Shown: in pieces, positions 27,991-36,991 of the stretch
How positions within the stretch are numbered: position 1 is the first letter of the stretch
How the letters are laid out: every line of letters starts with the position of its first letter
From: an uncultured virus (IMG/VR IMGVR_UViG_3300031111_000236)
Taxonomy: Duplodnaviria > Heunggongvirae > Uroviricota > Caudoviricetes
Direction: 5' to 3' (one strand)
IMG/VR virus record: IMGVR_UViG_3300031111_000236
Length of the DNA: 64,000 nucleotides
The notes under the pieces: model-generated
Told to the model about the DNA's origin: nothing
Database searches by the model: none
The model's input: the letters and a program-made list of their open reading frames with translations, nothing else
Made by a program: the position numbers and the translations under genes

Positions 27991-29429
27991 CGTGGCCAAA
28001 AAATCCGAACAGGCACAGTCTGAGTTCGAGAGGCATACCGAATCGAGCTTTCGGTATAGCCAATAAGGACCTTATCAAGATGGTAGGGTACAACAAGACT
28101 GTTGATGAGGAAAAAGAGGCGAGAGCCCTGTTTCAGCTCATGGTAGACCCGAGTACGGCTGAAAGACAGTTCGATAGGGTTTATGTCGATACTGATGACG
28201 GATACATCAGACAGTTTAGTCGTGCTGTCGAGGAGATTGGTAGAGACAGAGATATACAGCCAGACTTCTTGTTCGATGCGAGAGACTTTATCTGGGATAA
28301 CTATCGGTATGAGAGGTTGAACGAACTCCTCTATATCATACATCAAGGTCACTCTCCAGCGGCTCTGCATAGTGATTCTTTCAGGGCGAGCTTAGCGGCT
28401 TTCATGTTGTCTATGCTCCAGGATGATGAGGTAGGCCATATTGACTGGTCTGTTGCTATCCAACTGATGTCACCAGAGGAGAAGAAAATCGTCTTCCCTA
28501 AGTATATCGAGAGGTTCGGCCCCTGGTATACAAAAGAAATGGTAGCGTTCATAAGCGATGTTCCTGAATCCCAGACTGACTTCTACATGAGACAGCTTGA
28601 CCGCCTCTTGGTGAATGATACACGATACGACAAGAAGCGTAGAGATGAAATACTTGCTATCAAAAAGCTCACAAAGAAGCTGGTTATGAACTATACCACT
28701 GCATATTACAAGCAAAAACTTGAGTCTTACATCAGACCAAAGAAGGTCTTGAAGAACAAGAAGGAGGCAGAGCTGTACTTTGAGCTAACTGAGTCGATGC
28801 ACCCCAGAGTGCTTAATAGGTTCGAAGAGCATCAGGATACTCACGTCTACTATATGAGGAATCACATGAAGAAGTCTCTGAGGGCGGTTCAGAAGCTCAT
28901 AGACCGTTTTATCGACTTCCAGATAAAAGGGAGCAACCTTTACTGTGCTGTCGATAGTGGCAACAGTGGTCGAGGACCTCTTGCCGACTACTTACAGCAT
29001 GGCTTTGCTATAGAGGAAAAATCGAAGACGGATAAAAGACCAGTACCGTGGCACATAGCTCACAATATCGGTAAGACCAGTGTTCATATAGAAAAGGATG
29101 AGAACTCATTGTACAGTACGAAGTCGAGTACTAAGGTGGAGATTGAGCCGTACTGCTATAATGGTGAGCTGACCAATTTCACACTACCTAATATCGACAA
29201 GTTCAGTGATATCTTCTTCGGTAGGAAATGGAGTGGCATACGAGACCCTGTTGACAAGAGCGAGGTTGAGGCGGCTTATGAGTACTATATCCTATCCTGG
29301 GTAAAAAAGGCCAGGAAGATGGAAATATCAGCAAGCTCAAGCCTGGTCGAGACACAACCAGAGGGTTACGTCTTGAAGTACCAGGGTGATGACGGGTATC
29401 TATGGCTCCCAGGCGAGGAGGGGGAATAA
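27987..29429 (+). CDS. Leader-tagged PDFLLD-family paralogue (long form)
   Basis: MTWPKNPNRHSLSSRGIPNRAFGI; QPDFLFD. Confidence 0.85.
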   Translation: MTWPKNPNRHSLSSRGIPNRAFGIANKDLIKMVGYNKTVDEEKEARALFQLMVDPSTAERQFDRVYVDTDDGYIRQFSRAVEEIGRDRDIQPDFLFDARDFIWDNYRYERLNELLYIIHQGHSPAALHSDSFRASLAAFMLSMLQDDEVGHIDWSVAIQLMSPEEKKIVFPKYIERFGPWYTKEMVAFISDVPESQTDFYMRQLDRLLVNDTRYDKKRRDEILAIKKLTKKLVMNYTTAYYKQKLESYIRPKKVLKNKKEAELYFELTESMHPRVLNRFEEHQDTHVYYMRNHMKKSLRAVQKLIDRFIDFQIKGSNLYCAVDSGNSGRGPLADYLQHGFAIEEKSKTDKRPVPWHIAHNIGKTSVHIEKDENSLYSTKSSTKVEIEPYCYNGELTNFTLPNIDKFSDIFFGRKWSGIRDPVDKSEVEAAYEYYILSWVKKARKMEISASSSLVETQPEGYVLKYQGDDGYLWLPGEEGE

Positions 29430-30827
29430 TTGGGATGGGATAACGAGCCAGCGAGACATTCCTTGTCCCGACTTGGTATAGACAATAGGGCCTTCGGTAT
29501 CAAAGGTCCCGACTTCGTGAAACCAGTAGATGGAGATAGGTTCTCAAGTGATGTAGACAGAGAACTAAACGCACAAGACCTTTGGAATCTGCTACAACAA
29601 CCGTCCACCGTTGAGAGGCAGAAAGATGTTATATACATCGGCACTGGTTGGGACGAAGCCTACACACGTAAAATGACTGAGATAAGAGGTGATACTCTAC
29701 CATCTATCGAGTTCGAACCCGACTTCCTGTTCGACGCTGAGGACTACATCCTTTATAATGAGACCAATCTCAACACCTACCTTGGTCAGATATGTGGTGG
29801 CGACTTCCAACAGCTTACCAATAACGACAGCTTCAGAGCCAGTTTGATGGCTTTCATGCTCACCATGTTTGAAAGTCCCGATAAGGGTAAGCAGGTTGAT
29901 TGGGCAATGTCCATTAGTCTTCTAAGACCATACGAGAAACGTATCCTCTTCCAGAAGTACTTGAAGATGATAGAAGATGACCTCTATCACTTGGAGCGCA
30001 ACAAATACAGAGAGGTTTTGGCCTTCTTCGCAGATGTGCCTAAAGAGTACCAAGCCCTTTACACCAGTCAATTAGACTTTCAGTTCCGTGACACTGATGA
30101 ATATCAGGAGGGGGAGCGTGAAAAAATCAAGGAAATCATGAAACTGGCCCCCAGACTTGATATAGGTGCAGTACAGCATGGTAGATGGTCTCTATTTCAG
30201 GTAAAGCCCAAGGAACCCCTCTTGAGGAAGAAGGACGCTGATATTTATTACCAGATACAGAACATAAGGGACCCAGAGTACTCTCTGCCTTACATGAGGA
30301 CCACTGAGAACTATATGAGGAGGTTCTCGAAGAAGAGTAAGGACGAGCTAAAGATATTCCTGCGTGAGCTTGTTACAGCACAGATACAAGCGGCGGAAAC
30401 CAAATGCAAATCCGAACACGGCGGTGATACCAAGGGTATTCAGGAATATGACAGGAAGTGTGGGAAGTTCTGGGGTGATATCGTAGAGAAGCCTCTGTTA
30501 TGCAATGCTACTGACAATCTGATGGAGCCAGCTTGGAGAAACAAGAGCGGTAAGAGCATGGATTTCTATGGTGGTTGTTCTTATTATGGTGGTGAGTTGG
30601 AGAGGGTTAGCATCCCGAGCATAGATGATTTCACAGACACTCTATTCTTACAGAAGTGGTCAGATACTAACAACGAGGACGACAAAAAGGACATGGAATA
30701 CTTCTACGAGTACTATGTGAGGACTTTCAGGAACAGGGCGAAAAATAGGAAGAAGTCGAAGTGGAGGTTCTATGTCAACAGCCAGCCAGATGGGTACGAA
30801 CTCCCGAGTGACCTGGAATCAGATTAG
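29430..30827 (+). CDS. Leader-tagged PDFLLD-family paralogue (long form)
   Basis: MGWDNEPARHSLSRLGIDNRAFGI; EPDFLFD; C-terminus aligns with the previous gene (Y.GEL...P.ID.F.D..F..KWS, QP.GY). Confidence 0.85.
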   Translation: MGWDNEPARHSLSRLGIDNRAFGIKGPDFVKPVDGDRFSSDVDRELNAQDLWNLLQQPSTVERQKDVIYIGTGWDEAYTRKMTEIRGDTLPSIEFEPDFLFDAEDYILYNETNLNTYLGQICGGDFQQLTNNDSFRASLMAFMLTMFESPDKGKQVDWAMSISLLRPYEKRILFQKYLKMIEDDLYHLERNKYREVLAFFADVPKEYQALYTSQLDFQFRDTDEYQEGEREKIKEIMKLAPRLDIGAVQHGRWSLFQVKPKEPLLRKKDADIYYQIQNIRDPEYSLPYMRTTENYMRRFSKKSKDELKIFLRELVTAQIQAAETKCKSEHGGDTKGIQEYDRKCGKFWGDIVEKPLLCNATDNLMEPAWRNKSGKSMDFYGGCSYYGGELERVSIPSIDDFTDTLFLQKWSDTNNEDDKKDMEYFYEYYVRTFRNRAKNRKKSKWRFYVNSQPDGYELPSDLESD

Positions 30828-30871
30828 ATGTACTACACCCTTATAACATTGATACGACAAGTTTAAATAGA

Positions 30872-31723
30872 TTGAAACCCATCAAGACAATAATGAAATG
30901 GGTACGAGTCTCTGATAATTGGGCACTCGACTGCTTGTACAGTTTGAAAAGCAACCAGCTACCAGTCCCCAAATTTTTTTATGTCAATTTCCCTCTCACT
31001 CGTGACGAGAGGTTGAGTTACAAGTACTTGTGGGACAAGACCATATCTTCTATGACGGCAGGAACTGTCAAGGGTGTTTCCTTGCCAAAGCAGAAGATAC
31101 TCCCTGTCACATACGTTACAGAGGTCAGAGGGTCTGGCGATATTCTCAAATTAGACGACAACTTCAGACAGTACAAGGCCAAGGCGACGGTCCTCTTTAT
31201 CGACGACTTCTCGGACTATGGGTCGTGGGTACAGGTCAGAAGAGTTTCGGACTCCAAGTTCCTTGTCAAGATAAAACACAAGGAGGCAGTTTTACCGTTT
31301 CAGAACCCACCAAAAGATGCGATACGTGTCATCCTCGATTTTGAAACTGGTAAAGTCAAAGTCCCTTCGAGTGACGGCAAGCCCAAGGAACTCACCTCTA
31401 AGGAGGAGCTTGTGGTTAACCAGCTCGTTAGGAACTCAGGTCTGCTAAATCTTCTGGATGCTGGTTATCACTACAACTGTATTGTATCTCCAAGCCACCA
31501 GATGGACACTGCGTCTATCAAGTACAAGAGGTCGTACATCATATTCTACGATGCTATACCAGACGATGTTATAGAGAAGACCTTTAGACCCAAACCTGCT
31601 ATGCGTGGGACTCCGACGTTCCCCGTTGTTACCGAGATGAATCCGAAAGTCCCGAACTACGGTGATATAGGTCTACCCGTGATATCTGGCAACCTCTTGG
31701 GGCACACGCAACGACACCCGTAA
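30872..31723 (+). CDS. Hypothetical protein
   Basis: About 280-aa ORF; true start probably ATG 30893. Confidence 0.7.
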   Translation: MKPIKTIMKWVRVSDNWALDCLYSLKSNQLPVPKFFYVNFPLTRDERLSYKYLWDKTISSMTAGTVKGVSLPKQKILPVTYVTEVRGSGDILKLDDNFRQYKAKATVLFIDDFSDYGSWVQVRRVSDSKFLVKIKHKEAVLPFQNPPKDAIRVILDFETGKVKVPSSDGKPKELTSKEELVVNQLVRNSGLLNLLDAGYHYNCIVSPSHQMDTASIKYKRSYIIFYDAIPDDVIEKTFRPKPAMRGTPTFPVVTEMNPKVPNYGDIGLPVISGNLLGHTQRHP

Positions 31724-31755
31724 CCTTTTATATTTCATGCTCATCGTTGTGACCA

Positions 31756-33417
31756 ATGCCCTTGACTGAGGACGATATTACCAATCAACCCAGAGCTGTA
31801 CGTCACGAGCCAGCTTACATTAAACGGTATATGGGTAACCGTATTATGCAGGAGTACAAGTTCTATTTTGAGCACTACTCTTGGCATAATAAGCACTATG
31901 CAGAGGCTACCTTCCACACGGTCTTCGGAGCTTTGATGGGTCCTCTTGTGAGGTTCTACATGGGCGGTATCTATGAGGATACGAGATTCCACACTCATCT
32001 TTTCGCACCCACATCTACGGGTAAGAGTCGTGCCTTCTCAGCCGCATACAGGTTCGCTGAGAGCGTCGGCTTGAGGTTTAAGGACATAGGTCAGGCGACG
32101 ACAGCGGGTCTCGTGGGTACTATAGAAAGGGATGGCCAAGGTAAAAAGGAAGTTGTGCTCGGTCCTATAATGGAGGAGCGGGGTTATGACATCATCGGTC
32201 TCGAAGAGGCTGGTGTACTCTATGCCAAGAACCCACCTGCACACTCAGAGGACACGCTCAAGATTTTGCAGAAAAGTATGAACGCTGTATGGACACCAGA
32301 AAATCACATATCCAAGGACCTGGCCTCTGGTAGTATACAGGGCTATTCTCCAGTATCTTATCTCCTGGCCACGTACCCTCCTGCTACGCTATCCGACATC
32401 ATTACGAGAGCTGGTTTCTTGCAGAGGATGTTCATACTCTACAGGGTGTATGGTGACGAGGTTCGCCGTATGATAGAACAGACCATGATAGAGAACATGG
32501 GTAATCAGAACTCCTTGCCGAACCCTAACAAGTATCTCCGCTTTCCAGTAGCTAAGCTGAAGCACATCAAGAACTACTACCTCAAGAAGTCAGTGAAGAC
32601 TCCAGATGGACGGTTCTACTACCCTATGGACATCGATGAAAAAGCTAAGAGATATATGTTCATGGTCAGGGATAATATAGAACGTAAGTACCAGTACTCT
32701 ATAGGGTCAGTGCGAGAGGAGATAGCCAACTTCAGGACGAGGTACATTATCCAGACCATGAAATTGTCGTGCCATTATGCTATGTTGAGGATGTCCGATA
32801 AGGTCGAGGCTAAAGACGTGACTATGGCTCAGAGATTGATATTGCCTGAGTTCAACAATCTGATATTCTTCCTGGAGTCTACTCTTGAGAGAACCGAGAT
32901 GGATGAGAAGATGGAGGACGTGTGGCGTAAGGTCTTGAAGATATATCTCGATTACAGAAAGTCTAAGCTGGAAGCTATCAGGAAAAGGCTGAAGAAAGAG
33001 AAGAAGAAAACTGCGGCCAAACTGGAGCTGGAAGAAATATACATAGAGGAGGGGTGGATGCCGAGGACCCTTTTAGTCTCCATGTATGCTCGCAATCACT
33101 CGTGTACTGAGAAGTTCGTAAACGGTTCTCTTGCACGATTCGAGTTGCCACTAAAAGCGAACACAAAGGTAGAGGACCTACCCAAGGTGCTGGAAAAGTC
33201 ACCATCTGCGAGATTCATAGTCGCACGTATCAAGGACGCTAAGTACGTCAAGTTAGTTAAGGGCGTGTCCAAGATGCCTACTCTAATCCCGCACCCAGAG
33301 CACCTTAACAAGTACGTAGTATGGGAAGGTCACAAGGAAGAAGAAGGGCAGGACATACTGCCGAAGGGGATAGAACCGATACCCCCCGAGGAGCAAGAGA
33401 GCGAGGGAGTGATATGA
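31756..33417 (+). CDS. Divergent MCM-like AAA+ helicase
   Basis: Walker A APTSTGKS, ATTAGLVG, Walker B IIGLEEA, FLQRM arginine finger, MCM-like lid (AMLRMSDKVEAKDV); N-terminal domain short. Confidence 0.75.
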   Translation: MPLTEDDITNQPRAVRHEPAYIKRYMGNRIMQEYKFYFEHYSWHNKHYAEATFHTVFGALMGPLVRFYMGGIYEDTRFHTHLFAPTSTGKSRAFSAAYRFAESVGLRFKDIGQATTAGLVGTIERDGQGKKEVVLGPIMEERGYDIIGLEEAGVLYAKNPPAHSEDTLKILQKSMNAVWTPENHISKDLASGSIQGYSPVSYLLATYPPATLSDIITRAGFLQRMFILYRVYGDEVRRMIEQTMIENMGNQNSLPNPNKYLRFPVAKLKHIKNYYLKKSVKTPDGRFYYPMDIDEKAKRYMFMVRDNIERKYQYSIGSVREEIANFRTRYIIQTMKLSCHYAMLRMSDKVEAKDVTMAQRLILPEFNNLIFFLESTLERTEMDEKMEDVWRKVLKIYLDYRKSKLEAIRKRLKKEKKKTAAKLELEEIYIEEGWMPRTLLVSMYARNHSCTEKFVNGSLARFELPLKANTKVEDLPKVLEKSPSARFIVARIKDAKYVKLVKGVSKMPTLIPHPEHLNKYVVWEGHKEEEGQDILPKGIEPIPPEEQESEGVI

Positions 33418-33548
33418 TTTCCTTTCTTTCTATAAAAAGTTGTTTAACGGAGGGTCGATTCGGGCGTATTGTCTTCCCGAATCTTTAAATACTTCGTCCC
33501 CAAATCGGTGACTGCAAAACACAAAAACACAGCACAGAGGTATCGAGA

Positions 33549-34820
33549 ATGAGCGAAGAGAAAAAGGACTTAGTGACGGAATCTTTGAACATGGCGGGGG
33601 AGACCGTGAAGGAGAAGCTGAAGGGCCTGATGAAGCAGGAGGCGGCACTCTTGAAGGTAACCCCCAAGGAGGTCGGTGTAGAGATACGCCAGGCCGTGAC
33701 AGAGGTCTTCGAAGGGAGGAGTGAGAACCAGCAGTACCTGAATCTCAAGAAGACTTTCTACGACAGGGACAACCACGAGAAGTTCTGGACGTACTTCTTG
33801 AAGATATGGCATGGCTCCAAGGTCAGGAAGGCGCAGGAAAAGTCGGCCCCGTGGGAAGGTGTTCTTATATCCTTCAGCGAAGCCAGGGATATGAAGAGCA
33901 AGAGCGGTGCGATGCAGTACGTCTACGAGGGTCTCGCCTTCGGGCACGAGATATACGATGAGACAGTCGAGGCGGACAAGAGACACAACGAGAAGGACGG
34001 CCTCATCACCTACAGGCACTTCTCGGACGAGAAGTACTCCATGAAGGACTTCAAGGTCGGTATGAAGGTCAAGCTACCTGGTCGTATCGACAACAACGGC
34101 AAGGTGGAAAATGAGAGTGGTCTCTTCTACAAGATTGGCCTGATGGACAAGCCTGTCCCTGCTGGCGGCGAGCCTATCAGTATGCTTGACCTTGTGGACA
34201 ACCTGAACGCACGCTACAGCCTCATGGGGATAGAGGAGGTCGCAAGACTCGCATCACTCGGAGCCAAGGCCAAGAACCCCTACCTCTTCGAGGGCTCAAT
34301 CGTGCAGGACCCCATCAGAGCTGTCTCGGTCAAGAACGTCAAGAACGGGAAACCCCCGTACCCGTGGGGCAGGTGTGTCATCGTGGACGACACTGTGAAC
34401 GACGCTGAAGGTGACGTGGGCCTCGGGATGATGATATCCCCGTGGCATCTCAAGTACGCCAAGGACTCTCTGGTCTATGCCGTTGTCAGCATCGGACCTG
34501 GCAGAGATGGCCATGCCTACGACGCACAGGGTCACGGTATCATACCAGTGTTCTCCAGCAACGAGCTTGAGGACTTCGACTTTGCCAAGCAGACCAGCGA
34601 GGCGTTGGCGAAGACGGGAGACACTGAGACCAAGACCAAGGACGCTCTCGACGAGAGCATCTTCGACAAACCGCAAGGTGACACCGAGGAGGAGGTCAAG
34701 GTCCAGCCCGAGGTATCGGAGCCAGAGCAGAAGCCCCAGGAAGCGGCCCCACAGCCAGTCGGGGACAAGCCCCCCGCTGTAGCCAGCACCACAGACAACG
34801 ACGAGGACGGCGTGATTTAA
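33549..34820 (+). CDS. Putative single-stranded DNA-binding protein
   Basis: Beta-rich core, long acidic tail, position between the helicase and the Sak4-like ATPase (inference). Confidence 0.45.
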   Translation: MSEEKKDLVTESLNMAGETVKEKLKGLMKQEAALLKVTPKEVGVEIRQAVTEVFEGRSENQQYLNLKKTFYDRDNHEKFWTYFLKIWHGSKVRKAQEKSAPWEGVLISFSEARDMKSKSGAMQYVYEGLAFGHEIYDETVEADKRHNEKDGLITYRHFSDEKYSMKDFKVGMKVKLPGRIDNNGKVENESGLFYKIGLMDKPVPAGGEPISMLDLVDNLNARYSLMGIEEVARLASLGAKAKNPYLFEGSIVQDPIRAVSVKNVKNGKPPYPWGRCVIVDDTVNDAEGDVGLGMMISPWHLKYAKDSLVYAVVSIGPGRDGHAYDAQGHGIIPVFSSNELEDFDFAKQTSEALAKTGDTETKTKDALDESIFDKPQGDTEEEVKVQPEVSEPEQKPQEAAPQPVGDKPPAVASTTDNDEDGVI

Positions 34821-34844
34821 TCACCCGTCCTTTTCTCTTTTTTT
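34805..34844 (+). terminator. Hairpin plus T tract
   Basis: GGACGGCGTGAT-TTA-ATCACCCGTCC then ttttctctttttt. Confidence 0.55.
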
Positions 34845-34850
34845 GTGGTG

Positions 34851-35864
34851 ATGAGCTTGGCACTAACTATACTAAGGGACAAGAGCCTTGAAGACGTGGG
34901 AGAGGCGTTCAGATACCTCTTCTACGGGCCAGCGGGTGTTGGTAAGAGCAGGATGCTTGCTACTATACCGATGTATGAGCTGATGAAAGGTACTGACCCC
35001 GAGGATATCCACGTTTTTGTCCTCGACCTTGATGATGGGTTCATAACAGTTCTGAAGAGTCAGTTCCCGAAGGACTGGTGGCGTTTCTTTACTGTCATAC
35101 CGATAGCGGGTGGCATAGACGATATAAGGGATGCTGTGAATTTCATACACAAGGAAGTGCAGGACTTCATCAAGGAGCACAATCATAGACCGTACATCGC
35201 TATCGACAACATGGAGCACTGGTACGTCCTCTCGCAGGACGGTTTCATACAGGAGGCTTACGGTGTTGACCGTGCTCAGAAAACTGTGGACATCATCCAG
35301 AGCAGGATTGCCGCTCGGAAGGACCCCAATGCTAAGGCTGACGGGTTCAGTATTACCGAGGATTGGCAGGGTATAAAGGCCCTCCATAGGCAGTACAGGG
35401 ACAAGCTCTTCGGGTGCGGTGCTCACATAGTGTGCACAAGCATATCCAAGAATATGCTGGACCCCAAGAACAAGTTTGCTCTGGTCGGGTATCAGCCTGG
35501 TGGCGAAGCCGAGGAGAGAGAGGGGTACAAGTTCCACTTCGTATCCTACATGGGTGTAACTACCAAGACCGAGCAATCGGACACCTTCAAACTGGTTTCC
35601 AAGACCAAAGCACAACACTACTTCATGATACTCTTGAAGGATAGGACCACATCTCACGACAGAGTGTGGGCCGATGAGAGGATAACCTTCGAGCAGTTCA
35701 TGAAGGCTATAGACGAAGGTGTCTTGAGGAATCAGCAGAAGTTCGAGAATGACAGTACCAACTTGCTGGATAAGGTCAGAAAGGCTACCCAGGACAGTGG
35801 CGTGAACATTGTCGATACTGAGCCCGAAGAGGAAAACGAAGACGACGGAGACAGTCTTATTTAA
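34851..35864 (+). CDS. AAA_24/Sak4-like RecA-fold ATPase
   Basis: YGPAGVGKS, VLDLDDG, IAIDN. Confidence 0.7.
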   Translation: MSLALTILRDKSLEDVGEAFRYLFYGPAGVGKSRMLATIPMYELMKGTDPEDIHVFVLDLDDGFITVLKSQFPKDWWRFFTVIPIAGGIDDIRDAVNFIHKEVQDFIKEHNHRPYIAIDNMEHWYVLSQDGFIQEAYGVDRAQKTVDIIQSRIAARKDPNAKADGFSITEDWQGIKALHRQYRDKLFGCGAHIVCTSISKNMLDPKNKFALVGYQPGGEAEEREGYKFHFVSYMGVTTKTEQSDTFKLVSKTKAQHYFMILLKDRTTSHDRVWADERITFEQFMKAIDEGVLRNQQKFENDSTNLLDKVRKATQDSGVNIVDTEPEEENEDDGDSLI

Positions 35865-35914
35865 ACTTTTTTTATCAACATATAAATACAATGCTAACAT
35901 AAGGAGGAAAACCG

Positions 35915-36991
35915 ATGGAAATCATATCTTTGAAAACGGATGTGGGCGTTCTCAGGGACGTTTACGACGAGGCCACAGTCAGCAACAACGTGTGCTTTGT
36001 CGCTATACTCCAGAAGACCGCCCGAGGCTTGAGAATCATCTCAGGAGCTTCTGTCATTGGGAATATGCTCAACAACTACCTGATTGAGTATCTACCCGAT
36101 GTAGCTTCTGAGGGGCTCGGCGAGGATAAGCTCCTCTTGACCCTCGAAGATGAGGGGTATCAGGAGACCCTCGGGAAGATACTCAAGGAACTGAGCGGAG
36201 AAATCTCTGTCACTATCAAGGCGGAGAGGGTACAGGAAGAGAGCAAAGGTAAGAAGAACTCTGTGCTACAGGGTATCTCACTTCTCGTGAGAGCTTCTGA
36301 TGACGAGGAATATAACATACCCTTGACTCCACCTGACGAGAGGGACAGAGGTAAGCAATTCGCTATCGCTCTCGACAAGAAGGCCAACAGAACTACCAAA
36401 GGGAAAGATGGGAAGCCTGTCATCCTGAAGCCTATCGTGGTCATGGAGACTACAGTGGACGCTATCAGGGGCACGCTGAAGAAGTACGAGACCATGACGA
36501 AGTACAGGAGTGACTACGTGCTGTACGTGGAGAAGGACAAGGTGAAGCTCATCACGGGTGACCCTGACCTTCCCAACGAGGTTTTCGCCAGGTTACCGTT
36601 GAACGCTACGGTGAACAACCCGTCGAAAAGACCAGTGCAGATACCGCTCGTACCTATGCTCGGCAAGGTGGTCCCGTCCCTCCTGGAAAACTCTGTTCTG
36701 CTTGAGGTATATAAAGAAGGCGAGAGAGACTACGTGTCACTCAAGTCCGTCGTTAGGGGAGACGACGATTCCTCAATCAATAAGGTGCGCATCGTGGACA
36801 TAGCCGCCAAGGATGTCCTGAGCGACACTATCGGTGACGAGGGGGAAGTTGCCGACGATGAGGAACTTGAGCCTGAGCCAGAGCCCGAAGAGGGGTCTGA
36901 GCCCGAGGCAGACGAGGAACCCGAGCCCGATGAGGACGACGGAGCCGACGAGAAAGCGGGTGAAAGCACTGATGACGAAGCAGTCATATGA
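35915..36991 (+). CDS. Probable divergent PCNA-like sliding clamp with an acidic tail
   Basis: Two-fold beta-alpha-beta pattern of clamp size; clamp loader encoded nearby; no diagnostic motif. Confidence 0.45.
   Translation: MEIISLKTDVGVLRDVYDEATVSNNVCFVAILQKTARGLRIISGASVIGNMLNNYLIEYLPDVASEGLGEDKLLLTLEDEGYQETLGKILKELSGEISVTIKAERVQEESKGKKNSVLQGISLLVRASDDEEYNIPLTPPDERDRGKQFAIALDKKANRTTKGKDGKPVILKPIVVMETTVDAIRGTLKKYETMTKYRSDYVLYVEKDKVKLITGDPDLPNEVFARLPLNATVNNPSKRPVQIPLVPMLGKVVPSLLENSVLLEVYKEGERDYVSLKSVVRGDDDSSINKVRIVDIAAKDVLSDTIGDEGEVADDEELEPEPEPEEGSEPEADEEPEPDEDDGADEKAGESTDDEAVI

Noticed and set aside
34872..35900. 342-aa minus-strand ORF, and many similar antisense ORFs in the track
   Set aside because: Shadow of a plus-strand gene with clear motifs; caused by codon bias
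36834..36971. N-terminal extension of the primase ORF
   Set aside because: Alternate-frame reading of the acidic tail of the upstream gene
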